Source: an uncultured Lachnospiraceae bacterium (GTDB taxonomy: Bacteria > Bacillota > Clostridia > Lachnospirales > Lachnospiraceae). From it: a stretch of DNA of 64,000 nucleotides. Below are positions 27,778-36,733 of the stretch, in pieces (position 1 is the first letter of the stretch; every line of letters starts with the position of its first letter). The position numbers and the translations under genes were made by a program. The stretch is taken from positions 23,439 through 87,438 of the forward strand of contig CANRMI010000004.1 of assembly GCA_947631685.1 (NCBI GenBank), read 5' to 3'. The notes below the pieces were generated by a model, which searched no databases, had not been told where the DNA came from, and was given only the letters and a program-made list of their open reading frames with translations.

Positions 27778-28883
27778 AAATAAAAAACAATGGAGCGTCA
27801 AGGGAATTTACCAGGGATCACACCTGCATGACCAAGGGAATCCTGGTCATCATGATGCTGATCCACCATGCGATGAATGTGGATATGGTAGAGGCATACG
27901 GAGTCCGCAGAATGATCGCTGATCCGGTATTGTCTGACCAGATTGTGCTGTTCTGTAAGACCTGTATCGCGGGATTCGTGTTTTTGTCCGCGTACGGGAT
28001 GACGCTTACCTTAAAAAAACAGAATGAGGACAATGTGAAAAATTATTTTTTCTTGAGCCTCCGCAGATTGATCAAACTGTTTTCCAATGTGCTCTTTATC
28101 TATGTGCTGGCAGTGCTGTGGCAGGGCTTTGCCCTGGGAAAATCTTTCTGGGAAATATACGGGGGAGCAATAAATCCGCTCAAGGCGGTGATGTGCATGC
28201 TCCTGGATCTGAGCGGCATGGCCGCTCTGTGCAATACGCCTACCATGAATGTTACCTGGTGGTACCTGTCCTTTATCGTACCCGTTATTCTGCTCATGCC
28301 CTTATTTTATATGCTGTACAAAAAATACCGGTATTTTTTAATACCGGCTGTCCTCCTGCTGCCGTTTCTTCTGCCGGGGGACAGGATCAATTTTATCTAT
28401 CTTCTGCCGGCGGCGGTTCTGGGGATCGCTTTTGCCTTTGAAGGCTGGCTTATCGGGGAAGACAGTCCGGTTGTGAGACTGTTAAAAACCTGCGGCTGTC
28501 TGCTGTTGTTTGTTCTGGCATACGAGATGACTATGCATGTGGGGATCATGTGCGGCTATGCGCTGATGTTTGTACTTCCCTGCATCGTGTATTACTGTGT
28601 GGGATATATCCCCATTCTGCGGGACATACTGCGCTTTCTGGGAAAGCACGCGGCCAATATATTCCTGACGCATACTTTCCTATACTATTATTTTTATCCT
28701 GACTTTATTTATTCTTTCCGGGATTCCTGGAAGATCCTGGGAGTGCTGCTTGCTTTCAGCCTGTGCGTATCCCTGGCGATAGAGCTGATAAAAAAGCTCA
28801 CGGGTTATCAATGGCTGTGCGGTAAGATACTGGATATGTTTGACAAGCGCTGGCTGCAGGATGACCGGGCTTGCGGCACATAA
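27774..28883 (+). CDS. Acyltransferase family 3 (OafA-like) membrane protein
   Basis: KGILVIMMLIHH, FVFLSAYG, WWYLS, LGKHAANIFLTH; many TM helices. Confidence 0.75.
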   Translation: MKIKNNGASREFTRDHTCMTKGILVIMMLIHHAMNVDMVEAYGVRRMIADPVLSDQIVLFCKTCIAGFVFLSAYGMTLTLKKQNEDNVKNYFFLSLRRLIKLFSNVLFIYVLAVLWQGFALGKSFWEIYGGAINPLKAVMCMLLDLSGMAALCNTPTMNVTWWYLSFIVPVILLMPLFYMLYKKYRYFLIPAVLLLPFLLPGDRINFIYLLPAAVLGIAFAFEGWLIGEDSPVVRLLKTCGCLLLFVLAYEMTMHVGIMCGYALMFVLPCIVYYCVGYIPILRDILRFLGKHAANIFLTHTFLYYYFYPDFIYSFRDSWKILGVLLAFSLCVSLAIELIKKLTGYQWLCGKILDMFDKRWLQDDRACGT

Positions 28884-28937
28884 GATCTCATGTTATAATA
28901 AGCCATAAAATCGCGGCATACCTATGGGGAGGAAGTT

Positions 28938-31892
28938 ATGAAGACAGCAGCGCAGGCGGCAATCAAAAAAGCGAACAGAGGCGTTATGGCGGAAATCGCG
29001 GTGATCAGTGTATTACTGATATTTATCGCGTTTTCTTTTTATACTTTTATAAAGGACAACAATCAGAGAATCTTAGAGCAGAATGACGGTATCATAGAGG
29101 CTGCCGCGGAGCAGACCGCGGACAGGCTCAACGATCTGTTCAATATGTCCCAGCGAAATCTGGAGATCATGGCCTATCTCTACGGCTCCATTATGACCGA
29201 GCCGGTGGTGGATTCCGGGATGTTGGAGGACATGGCTGCCCGCTCCCCCTTTGACTATGTGGAATTTATTTCTACGGACGGCATGGATCTGACGGCGGAC
29301 GGACAGACGGCCGATCTGTCGGACAGGGAGTATTTTCAACAGGGTATGCTGGGAAACAGCGGGAAATGCGTGATACATAATTCTCGTATCACCAATGAAA
29401 CCCTGTTGATCTTTTATACGCCTTTTTACTACCAGGGAGAGATCATCGGTGTCCTGAGCGGCCTTATGAAAGAAGAAAGTGTCTACAATGTGCTGACCGC
29501 GGATTATTTTGGGCTGCAGGGAAGCGTTTATCTCGTGGAGAAAAACGGAGATGTGCTGCTCTATCAGGGCAGCGGCTCCAGGCCGGAAAATCTGTTGGAA
29601 TCCCTCCAGGAGCGGAACAAACTTTACAGTGAGGATATGAAAAAGCTGGAGCAGGCGCTGGCGGAGGGCGGCTCCACCAATTTCAACTACAGAGGCAGCA
29701 AGGCAGCGGGAAGTGCCTGCGCGGTTACGCTGGATGACGGAGAATGGGTGCTGGTGAAGAGCTTTCCCTCCGTCCTGACAAAGGGTATGGCGGAGAGCTC
29801 CAACGCGGCTGGAATCTTACTGGAGATCAAACTGGCGGCCGCGTTTCTGGTATATATCCTGTATCTGGTGATAAAGAACGCTATCCAGAAAAGAAAACTG
29901 GTCTCCGAAAAGCAGGAGATCTCCCGTATTTTGGATGTGATACCCCAGATATTCTCCCGGTTCGCTGTGGTGGACCTGATGGAGGATACCTATGAATATC
30001 TGGAGGATAAAAAGAGTGACGCGCCGGAAAGCGGAAAATATTCGGAACTGGTCCGTTATCTGGCTGGCAAATATGTCAATGAGGAAGAGAACGGGGAAGA
30101 AATGGCCGTTATGATCTCCCGGGAACATATACAGAAGTACCTGACGACGCAGGTGCCTTATCTGCAGTATGAGTATCAGATCGACATGAATGGGCACCGT
30201 TGGGAAAACGCGGCCATACTTTGCATGGAAAGAGAGGATGGCCTGCCCTCCCGGGTACTGGTGGCTATTCAGGACATTACCGCTTTAAAAGAGCGGGAGA
30301 TGCAGATACGTCTGGCCCTTAAAAACGCTTCGGAAGCGGCAGAGGCCGCGAACCGGGCAAAATCCGAATTTCTGGCCAGGATGTCCCACGACATCCGCAC
30401 GCCTATGAATGCCATTATGGGCATGACCGCGGTGGCAGCCATGCATATGGACGATCCGGAAAGGCTCACGGACTGCCTGAGTAAGATCACGCTCTCCAGC
30501 CGTCATCTGCTGGCGCTGATCAACGATGTGCTGGATATGTCCAAGATCGAGAGCGGCAAGGTTTCCCTGTCGGAGGAACCCTTTAACATGGCGGATATGG
30601 TGGATGGCGTGGCGACGATCATCAAGGCGCAGGCAGCCTCCAAACAACAGCAGCTCAGGGTGCATATCGCGGATATACAGCATGAGGACGTGATAGGCGA
30701 TGAACTGCGCCTCAGACAGGTGTTTGTAAATATTCTGGGCAACGCCGTAAAGTTTACGCCGGAGGGAGGCAGCATTATCTTTTCCATTAAGGAGTGCCCG
30801 TCCCTGGTACATGGCATGGCCTGTTATGAATTTGTCTGCGAGGATACGGGTATCGGTATGGAAGAAGACTTCATGAAGACCATATTCGAGCCTTTCAGCC
30901 GCTCCCGCCATTCCGTGAGCAGCAATATCGAAGGCACCGGCCTGGGCATGTCCATCACCCGCAACATCGTGCGCATGATGGAGGGGGATATTCAGGTAGA
31001 GAGCAAATTGGGGGAAGGTTCCAAATTTACCGTGCAGCTGTATCTGAAGCTGCAGGATCCCAAGGCGGAAGACGTGGAAGATCTGCGGGATCTGCGCGTA
31101 CTGGTAGCGGATGACAATCAGGATTCCTGCATTACCACCAGCGATATTCTGGAGAATATCGGCATGAAGCCGGAATGGGTGCTGAGCGGGGAGGAAGCTG
31201 TCCAAAAGACCGTGGAAGCCAATAAAGAGGAACGGGATTTCGCGGCCATTATCCTGGACTGGAAGATGCCAGGCATGGACGGAGTGGAAACTGCCAGAAA
31301 GATTCGTTCTCTGGTAGGGAGCCACATACCCATTATCATTCTTTCCGCTTACGACTGGACGGTGGTGGAGGCGGAAGCCAGGGAGGCAGGCATTCAGGCC
31401 TTTATCGAGAAGCCACTGTTCCGTTCCCGTCTGGTCTACGCGTTAAAGTCCGTCCTGGTAAAGGAGAATGAGGATGAGGAACGGCGTACGTCGGAAGTGG
31501 GACAGAACAGTTACAGCGGCAAGAGAATCCTGTTAGTGGAAGATAATGAGTTAAATCGGGAGATCGCGGAAGAGCTGATCGGGTTTATGGGTGTTACCGT
31601 GGAACATGCGGAAGACGGGCGTATGGCGTTGGAAATGGTGGAAAAGAGCGGTTCCGGCTATTATGACCTGATCTTCATGGATATTCAGATGCCTGTTATG
31701 AACGGGTATGAAGCGGCCCGCTACATCCGGGCGCTGGAAAGAGAAGACGCGAAAAAGATACCTATCATAGCCATGACGGCCAACGCGTTCGCGGACGATG
31801 TCAAAGAAGCCAGAGAGGCGGGCATGAATGACCATATCGCCAAACCGGTGGAGCTGGTCAAGATCAAAGAAGCCTTTGACAAATGGCTGTAG
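28938..31892 (+). CDS. Hybrid sensor histidine kinase / response regulator with two receiver domains
   Basis: FLARMSHDIRTPMNAI, NILGNAVKFT, DTGIGM, GTGLGMSI, two REC domains. Confidence 0.95.
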   Translation: MKTAAQAAIKKANRGVMAEIAVISVLLIFIAFSFYTFIKDNNQRILEQNDGIIEAAAEQTADRLNDLFNMSQRNLEIMAYLYGSIMTEPVVDSGMLEDMAARSPFDYVEFISTDGMDLTADGQTADLSDREYFQQGMLGNSGKCVIHNSRITNETLLIFYTPFYYQGEIIGVLSGLMKEESVYNVLTADYFGLQGSVYLVEKNGDVLLYQGSGSRPENLLESLQERNKLYSEDMKKLEQALAEGGSTNFNYRGSKAAGSACAVTLDDGEWVLVKSFPSVLTKGMAESSNAAGILLEIKLAAAFLVYILYLVIKNAIQKRKLVSEKQEISRILDVIPQIFSRFAVVDLMEDTYEYLEDKKSDAPESGKYSELVRYLAGKYVNEEENGEEMAVMISREHIQKYLTTQVPYLQYEYQIDMNGHRWENAAILCMEREDGLPSRVLVAIQDITALKEREMQIRLALKNASEAAEAANRAKSEFLARMSHDIRTPMNAIMGMTAVAAMHMDDPERLTDCLSKITLSSRHLLALINDVLDMSKIESGKVSLSEEPFNMADMVDGVATIIKAQAASKQQQLRVHIADIQHEDVIGDELRLRQVFVNILGNAVKFTPEGGSIIFSIKECPSLVHGMACYEFVCEDTGIGMEEDFMKTIFEPFSRSRHSVSSNIEGTGLGMSITRNIVRMMEGDIQVESKLGEGSKFTVQLYLKLQDPKAEDVEDLRDLRVLVADDNQDSCITTSDILENIGMKPEWVLSGEEAVQKTVEANKEERDFAAIILDWKMPGMDGVETARKIRSLVGSHIPIIILSAYDWTVVEAEAREAGIQAFIEKPLFRSRLVYALKSVLVKENEDEERRTSEVGQNSYSGKRILLVEDNELNREIAEELIGFMGVTVEHAEDGRMALEMVEKSGSGYYDLIFMDIQMPVMNGYEAARYIRALEREDAKKIPIIAMTANAFADDVKEAREAGMNDHIAKPVELVKIKEAFDKWL

Positions 31893-31928
31893 AGCGCGGG
31901 CTCTGGCGGCAGAGAAAAGGAGAGCCAT

Positions 31929-33659
31929 ATGAAGACGGCGGAGGAATTGAGAAATATCCTGGACAGGATTGACCACAGGGGCTATCCCGCGTATAAGGAT
32001 ACAAAGGGAAGCTATGATTTCGGAAAGTATGTTCTGACGATCGAGCATGTGCAGGGAGATCCCTTTGCGGCACCCTCCAGGGTAAGCCTTAAAGTAAGCG
32101 GGCGCACGGCGGGATTTCCCGCTTCTCTCTATGGGGAAAAGCATAGAAGAGTCGCTTTGCAGGACTATCTGCTGCGGCAGGTGGGACGCATGGTGGAGGA
32201 GTTTTCTTTTCGGGCCAGGGGATCCGGCAAGAGCGGCCTGATGTGGGTGAGCCGGTGCGGCCAGGAGATTTTGGAAAGGAGTGCCTGCGAGGTGGACTCG
32301 GCGGACGGCTCTGTGTTGCTGCGCATGGAAATCGGATTTCCGGCCAACGGCAGGACGGTCAACAGCGGGGAATTAAAAAAGATATTGTTTGATTTCCTGC
32401 CCCAATGCGTGGGCAGGACGCTTTTTTACGCGGCGCTTCCGGCTGAAAAGCTGAAAGAAAACGCGGAGCTTGCAGACGACCAGCTTTTTATCAGGGAAAA
32501 TCTGGAGAAAGCGGGGCTTGTGGCCTTTATAGCGGACGGGGCCGTACTGCCCAGGGCTTCGGGGGTATCGGACAGACCTATGCAGGGGGCGGTCCCCTTT
32601 AAGGCGCCGGAGAGCCTGGCGGTCACGCTGACGCTGCCCCATAAGGGAAAACTGCGCGGTATGGGCATCCCGAAGGGAATCACCATGATAGCCGGAGGCG
32701 GTTATCACGGGAAATCCACTCTCTTAGAGGCCATAGAACGGGGCGTGTACAACCATATCGCAGGAGACGGCAGGGAGTATGTGATTACCGACGACACAGC
32801 CGTAAAGATACGGGCGGAGGACGGCAGGAGCATCAAAAAGGCAGATATATCCCTATTTATCCGCAATCTGCCCAACGGCAGGGATACCAAAGCCTTTTCT
32901 TCCGAAGACGCCAGCGGCAGTACTTCTCAGGCAGCGGCCGTAGTGGAAGCCATGGAAGCGGGAGCGGGGGTGCTGTTGATCGATGAGGATACCAGCGCCA
33001 CCAATTTTATGATACGGGATGAACTGATGCAGCGGGTAGTCAACCGGAATATGGAGCCTATCATTCCCTTTATTGACAGGGTGAGGGAACTGTATGAAAA
33101 AGAGGGACTATCCACTGTTTTGGTGGCCGGCAGCTCCGGCTCTTATTTTCGGAAAGCGGACTGTATCATCCAAATGGACTGCTACAAACCGGTAGACATT
33201 ACGGAATTTGCCAAACAGGAGGCGGAGAAGTTTCCCGTCTTTTTGGCGGAAACACCCGCTTACGAAAGGCCCTCCTTTGACAGGCGGCCCGCGCCGGATG
33301 GGGCGTTCTGGGGAAATGAGCGTCTGAAGCTGAAGGCTATGGGCCTGGATGGGATCTCTCTCAATAAAGAAGTCATCGACCTGCGGTATGTGGAGCAGCT
33401 GGTGGATACAGAGCAGCTCAATGCGCTGGGTTATCTGCTGCGATATGCGGGAAGGCATCTTTTTAACGGGAAAAGCACATTGGCGGAGATTGCGGAACGT
33501 CTTGGAACCCTGCTGGAGGAGAAAGGGCTATCCTTCTTAGAAGAGGGCGGCGGTCTGCCCGTGGGACTGGCCATGCCCAGAAAGCAGGAGATCCTGGCTT
33601 GTATGAACCGGTTTCGGAGCCTGAAGATGACAGGATGGGAAATGGAAAGAAAGCGCTGA
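31929..33659 (+). CDS. ABC-ATPase-domain protein (P-loop ATPase of unknown function)
   Basis: HVQGDPFAAPS, GGGYHGKSTLL, IRAEDGRSI, DASGSTSQAA, LLIDEDTSATNFM. Confidence 0.85.
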   Translation: MKTAEELRNILDRIDHRGYPAYKDTKGSYDFGKYVLTIEHVQGDPFAAPSRVSLKVSGRTAGFPASLYGEKHRRVALQDYLLRQVGRMVEEFSFRARGSGKSGLMWVSRCGQEILERSACEVDSADGSVLLRMEIGFPANGRTVNSGELKKILFDFLPQCVGRTLFYAALPAEKLKENAELADDQLFIRENLEKAGLVAFIADGAVLPRASGVSDRPMQGAVPFKAPESLAVTLTLPHKGKLRGMGIPKGITMIAGGGYHGKSTLLEAIERGVYNHIAGDGREYVITDDTAVKIRAEDGRSIKKADISLFIRNLPNGRDTKAFSSEDASGSTSQAAAVVEAMEAGAGVLLIDEDTSATNFMIRDELMQRVVNRNMEPIIPFIDRVRELYEKEGLSTVLVAGSSGSYFRKADCIIQMDCYKPVDITEFAKQEAEKFPVFLAETPAYERPSFDRRPAPDGAFWGNERLKLKAMGLDGISLNKEVIDLRYVEQLVDTEQLNALGYLLRYAGRHLFNGKSTLAEIAERLGTLLEEKGLSFLEEGGGLPVGLAMPRKQEILACMNRFRSLKMTGWEMERKR

Positions 33660-33718
33660 TATTTTGGAAAATCCGGATCATACTATAGATGTAAGATTTT
33701 CCAAAAGGAGGAAGCAAG

Positions 33719-34702
33719 ATGAAGATTCTGTTTTTCGGTACCAAAAGCTATGACAGGGAATTTTTTGAAGGACCGGACGAGAAATGTCCCGATGTGGAGA
33801 TTACGTTTATTGAACCCAATCTAAGCCCGGAAACGGCCAGGCTGGCGGAGGGCTTTGAAGGGGTATGCGCCTTCGTGAATATGGACCTCTCCGCCAGAAC
33901 CGTGGACATTCTCCATAAATGCGGTGTCAAGCTGATCCTGATGCGCTGCGCGGGATATAACAATGTAGATTTGGAAGCGGCCAAAGCCTGCGGAATAACC
34001 GTGATGCATGTGCCGGGTTACTCTCCGGAGGCAGTGGCGGAGCATGCCATGGCCCTGGTGCTGACTGCTGACAGGCATATGCACAAGGCCTACATCAAAT
34101 GCCGGGAGAACAATTTTAATCTCTCCGGCTTAATGGGCATCAATCTCCACGGCAGGACGGCGGGAATCGTGGGAACGGGAAAGATCGGAGCCGCCATGGC
34201 CCGTATCTGCCGCGGATTTGGTATGCGTGTCATAGCCTATGACATGTACCCCAACAAAGAGCTGGATTTTGTGGAATACGTGGATTTTGAACGGCTTCTG
34301 GCAGAAGCGGACCTGATCTCCCTGCACTGTCCTTTGACCAAGGACAATTACCATATGATAAACGAGAAGACCATTGCCAAGATGAAGGACGGCGTGATGC
34401 TGGTCAACACTTCCAGGGGAGCGCTGATCAAGACGGAGGATCTGATTCAGGGAATCCGGGACGGTAAATTTTTCGCGGTGGGGCTGGATGTTTACGAGGA
34501 GGAAAACGGCACGGTATACGAGGATATGTCGGACAGGATCCTGGAGCATTCCACCATGGCAAGGCTTTTATCTTTTCCCAATGTCATGGTGACCTCGCAT
34601 CAGGGCTTTTTTACAAAAGAGGCGCTTTTGGCTATCAGCCGGACCACCATGGACAACGCCCTGGCCTTTGTGCAGGGCCGCAAAAACGGAAATGAATTGT
34701 AA
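33719..34702 (+). CDS. ldhA: D-lactate / D-2-hydroxyacid dehydrogenase
   Basis: MRCAGYNNVD, YSPEAVAEHA, GIVGTGKIG, SLHCP, VNTSRG, GLDVYEEE, TSHQGFFT. Confidence 0.9.
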   Translation: MKILFFGTKSYDREFFEGPDEKCPDVEITFIEPNLSPETARLAEGFEGVCAFVNMDLSARTVDILHKCGVKLILMRCAGYNNVDLEAAKACGITVMHVPGYSPEAVAEHAMALVLTADRHMHKAYIKCRENNFNLSGLMGINLHGRTAGIVGTGKIGAAMARICRGFGMRVIAYDMYPNKELDFVEYVDFERLLAEADLISLHCPLTKDNYHMINEKTIAKMKDGVMLVNTSRGALIKTEDLIQGIRDGKFFAVGLDVYEEENGTVYEDMSDRILEHSTMARLLSFPNVMVTSHQGFFTKEALLAISRTTMDNALAFVQGRKNGNEL

Positions 34703-34708
34703 AATGGG

Positions 34709-34737
34709 TTGACAATCCTTTGGCAATACGGTACAAT
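34709..34737 (+). promoter_or_regulatory. Sigma-A promoter of the tRNA cluster
   Basis: TTGACA-17 nt-TACAAT. Confidence 0.8.
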
Positions 34738-34767
34738 ATCATTCGTCGGTGTGATAATGCGCCGCGT

Positions 34768-34841
<74 letters not shown>

Positions 34842-34848
34842 TTTATAT

Positions 34849-34923
34849 GGTGGGTATAGCGCAGTTGGTTAGCGCGCCAGATTGTGGCTCTGGAGGCCAA
34901 GGGTTCGAATCCCTTTATCCACC
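34849..34923 (+). tRNA. tRNA-His(GTG)
   Basis: G-1:C73 pair; anticodon loop TTGTGGC. Confidence 0.95.
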
Positions 34924-34969
34924 CTCATTGTTTTGAATGCAGTGAAAATTTGAGGCCTGGGGCACATAA

Positions 34970-35041
34970 TGGGCTATCGCCAAGAGGTAAGGCACAGGAC
35001 TTTGACTCCTGCATTCGCTGGTTCGAATCCAGCTAGCCCAG
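34970..35041 (+). tRNA. tRNA-Gln(TTG)
   Basis: TGGGCTA/TAGCCCA acceptor; anticodon loop CTTTGAC. Confidence 0.95.
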
Positions 35042-35052
35042 TTATTTTGTAA

Positions 35053-35125
35053 GGAGCACTAGCTCAGTCGGTAGAGCACCTGACTTTTAATCAGGTTGTC
35101 GGGGGTTCGAATCCCCCGTGCTTCA
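35053..35125 (+). tRNA. tRNA-Lys(TTT)
   Basis: GGAGCAC/GTGCTTC acceptor; anticodon loop CTTTTAA. Confidence 0.95.
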
Positions 35126-35204
35126 TTCTATGAGCTATAAAGTATGATGGACTTGCCGGAAGTCTTTTTTTTTGCGTTTTTTCTTAGGATAGAAAGGAGT
35201 AAAA

Positions 35205-36557
35205 ATGGCGGAGAAGATGAAAGAGAATAAAATGGGCGTGATGCCCATAAACAAACTGCTGTTGAGCATGTCGCTGCCCATGATGCTCTCCATGCTGGTG
35301 CAGGCGCTCTACAATATTGTGGACAGTATTTTTGTCTCCAGGGTGAATGAGTATGCGGTGCGGGCAGTGTCCTTAGCCTTTCCCGTACAGAGCCTGATGA
35401 TCGCACTGGCGGTGGGTACGGCGGTGGGTGTCAACGCGCTGCTTTCCCGGGCTCTGGGAGAGAAAAACTATGAGAGAGTCAATGCGGTTGCCGCCAATGG
35501 TCTCTTTGCGATCATCGTCTGCTATCTTTTGTTCTTTATTGTGGGACTGACTTTGGTAAAGCCCTTTATGGCAAGCCAGAGCGATGTGGAGCAGGTACGT
35601 GTCTACGGAAACGCCTATCTGAGTATCTGTTGTATCTTTTCCATCGGCATCTATATCCAGACCATATTTGAAAGGCTGCTGCAGTCTACGGGAAACACCT
35701 TTTATACCATGATCACCCAGGGTATCGGTGCCGTTACCAACATTATCTTAGATCCGATCATGATCTTCGGATACTTCGGATTCCCGCGCATGGAGGCCGC
35801 GGGAGCGGCCGTCGCGACAGTCTGCGGACAGATAGTGGCAGCCATAGCGGCCATGATATTCCATTTCCGCTACAATAAAGAGGTACGGATGAAGTTTAAG
35901 GGCTTTCGTCCCAGCCTGTCCGTATTGGGACAGATTTACGCTGTGGGAGCGCCTTCCATCGTGGTGCAGGCCATCGGTTCCGTTATGACCTATGGCATGA
36001 ACCTGATCCTGGCGGCTTACGGCGTGGCCCAGACGGTATTCGGACTCTATTTTAAACTACAGAGTTTTGTCTTTATGCCTATCTTCGGTTTGAATAACGG
36101 TATGGTGCCCATAGTGGCCTACAATTACGGCGCGGGCAGCAGGGAGAGAGTGGTGGAAGTGATCAAACGCAGTATTGTCTATGCGATTTCCATTATGTTG
36201 GTGGGGCTGCTCATTATGCAGGTGATCCCGGATAAGCTGCTGCTTTTGTTCAACGCCCAGGAAGAGCTCCTGCAGGTAGGCGTACCGGCGCTTCGGACGA
36301 TCAGTCTAAGCTTTATCTTCGCGGGCTACTGTATCATTGCAGGAAGCGTATTCCAGGCGCTTGGCAACGGAGTCTACAGTATGATCGTTTCCATTGCCAG
36401 ACAGTTGGTGGTGCTGCTGCCGGTGGCTTATCTGCTTTCCCTAACCGGCCAGGTTTCCAATATTTGGTGGGCTTTTCCCATCGCGGAGCTGATGTCCACC
36501 AGTTTTACCACTTTTTTCCTAATCAGGATCAATAAAAAGATCATCAGTAAAATTTAA
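35205..36557 (+). CDS. MATE family efflux transporter
   Basis: About 12 TM helices; LVQALYNIVDSIFV, NIILDPIMIFG, GAAVAT. Confidence 0.93.
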   Translation: MAEKMKENKMGVMPINKLLLSMSLPMMLSMLVQALYNIVDSIFVSRVNEYAVRAVSLAFPVQSLMIALAVGTAVGVNALLSRALGEKNYERVNAVAANGLFAIIVCYLLFFIVGLTLVKPFMASQSDVEQVRVYGNAYLSICCIFSIGIYIQTIFERLLQSTGNTFYTMITQGIGAVTNIILDPIMIFGYFGFPRMEAAGAAVATVCGQIVAAIAAMIFHFRYNKEVRMKFKGFRPSLSVLGQIYAVGAPSIVVQAIGSVMTYGMNLILAAYGVAQTVFGLYFKLQSFVFMPIFGLNNGMVPIVAYNYGAGSRERVVEVIKRSIVYAISIMLVGLLIMQVIPDKLLLLFNAQEELLQVGVPALRTISLSFIFAGYCIIAGSVFQALGNGVYSMIVSIARQLVVLLPVAYLLSLTGQVSNIWWAFPIAELMSTSFTTFFLIRINKKIISKI

Positions 36558-36628
36558 CCGGTGGGCCCCCATTCTTGACAAAGCCTCGGAATGCGGGGTA
36601 TACTGGCAGGTGCAGGGTATCTGCATAC

Positions 36629-36710
36629 GCGGTTATGATGGAATTGGCAGACATGCAAGATTTAGGTTCTTGTGCCGTAAGGCGTGTGGGTTCAAGTCCC
36701 ACTAACCGCA
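36629..36710 (+). tRNA. tRNA-Leu(TAG)
   Basis: GCGGTTA/TAACCGC acceptor, long variable arm, anticodon loop TTTAGGT; promoter TTGACA..TATACT at 36575-36604. Confidence 0.95.
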
Positions 36711-36733
36711 TTTCGGCATATGGAGAGTACGCG

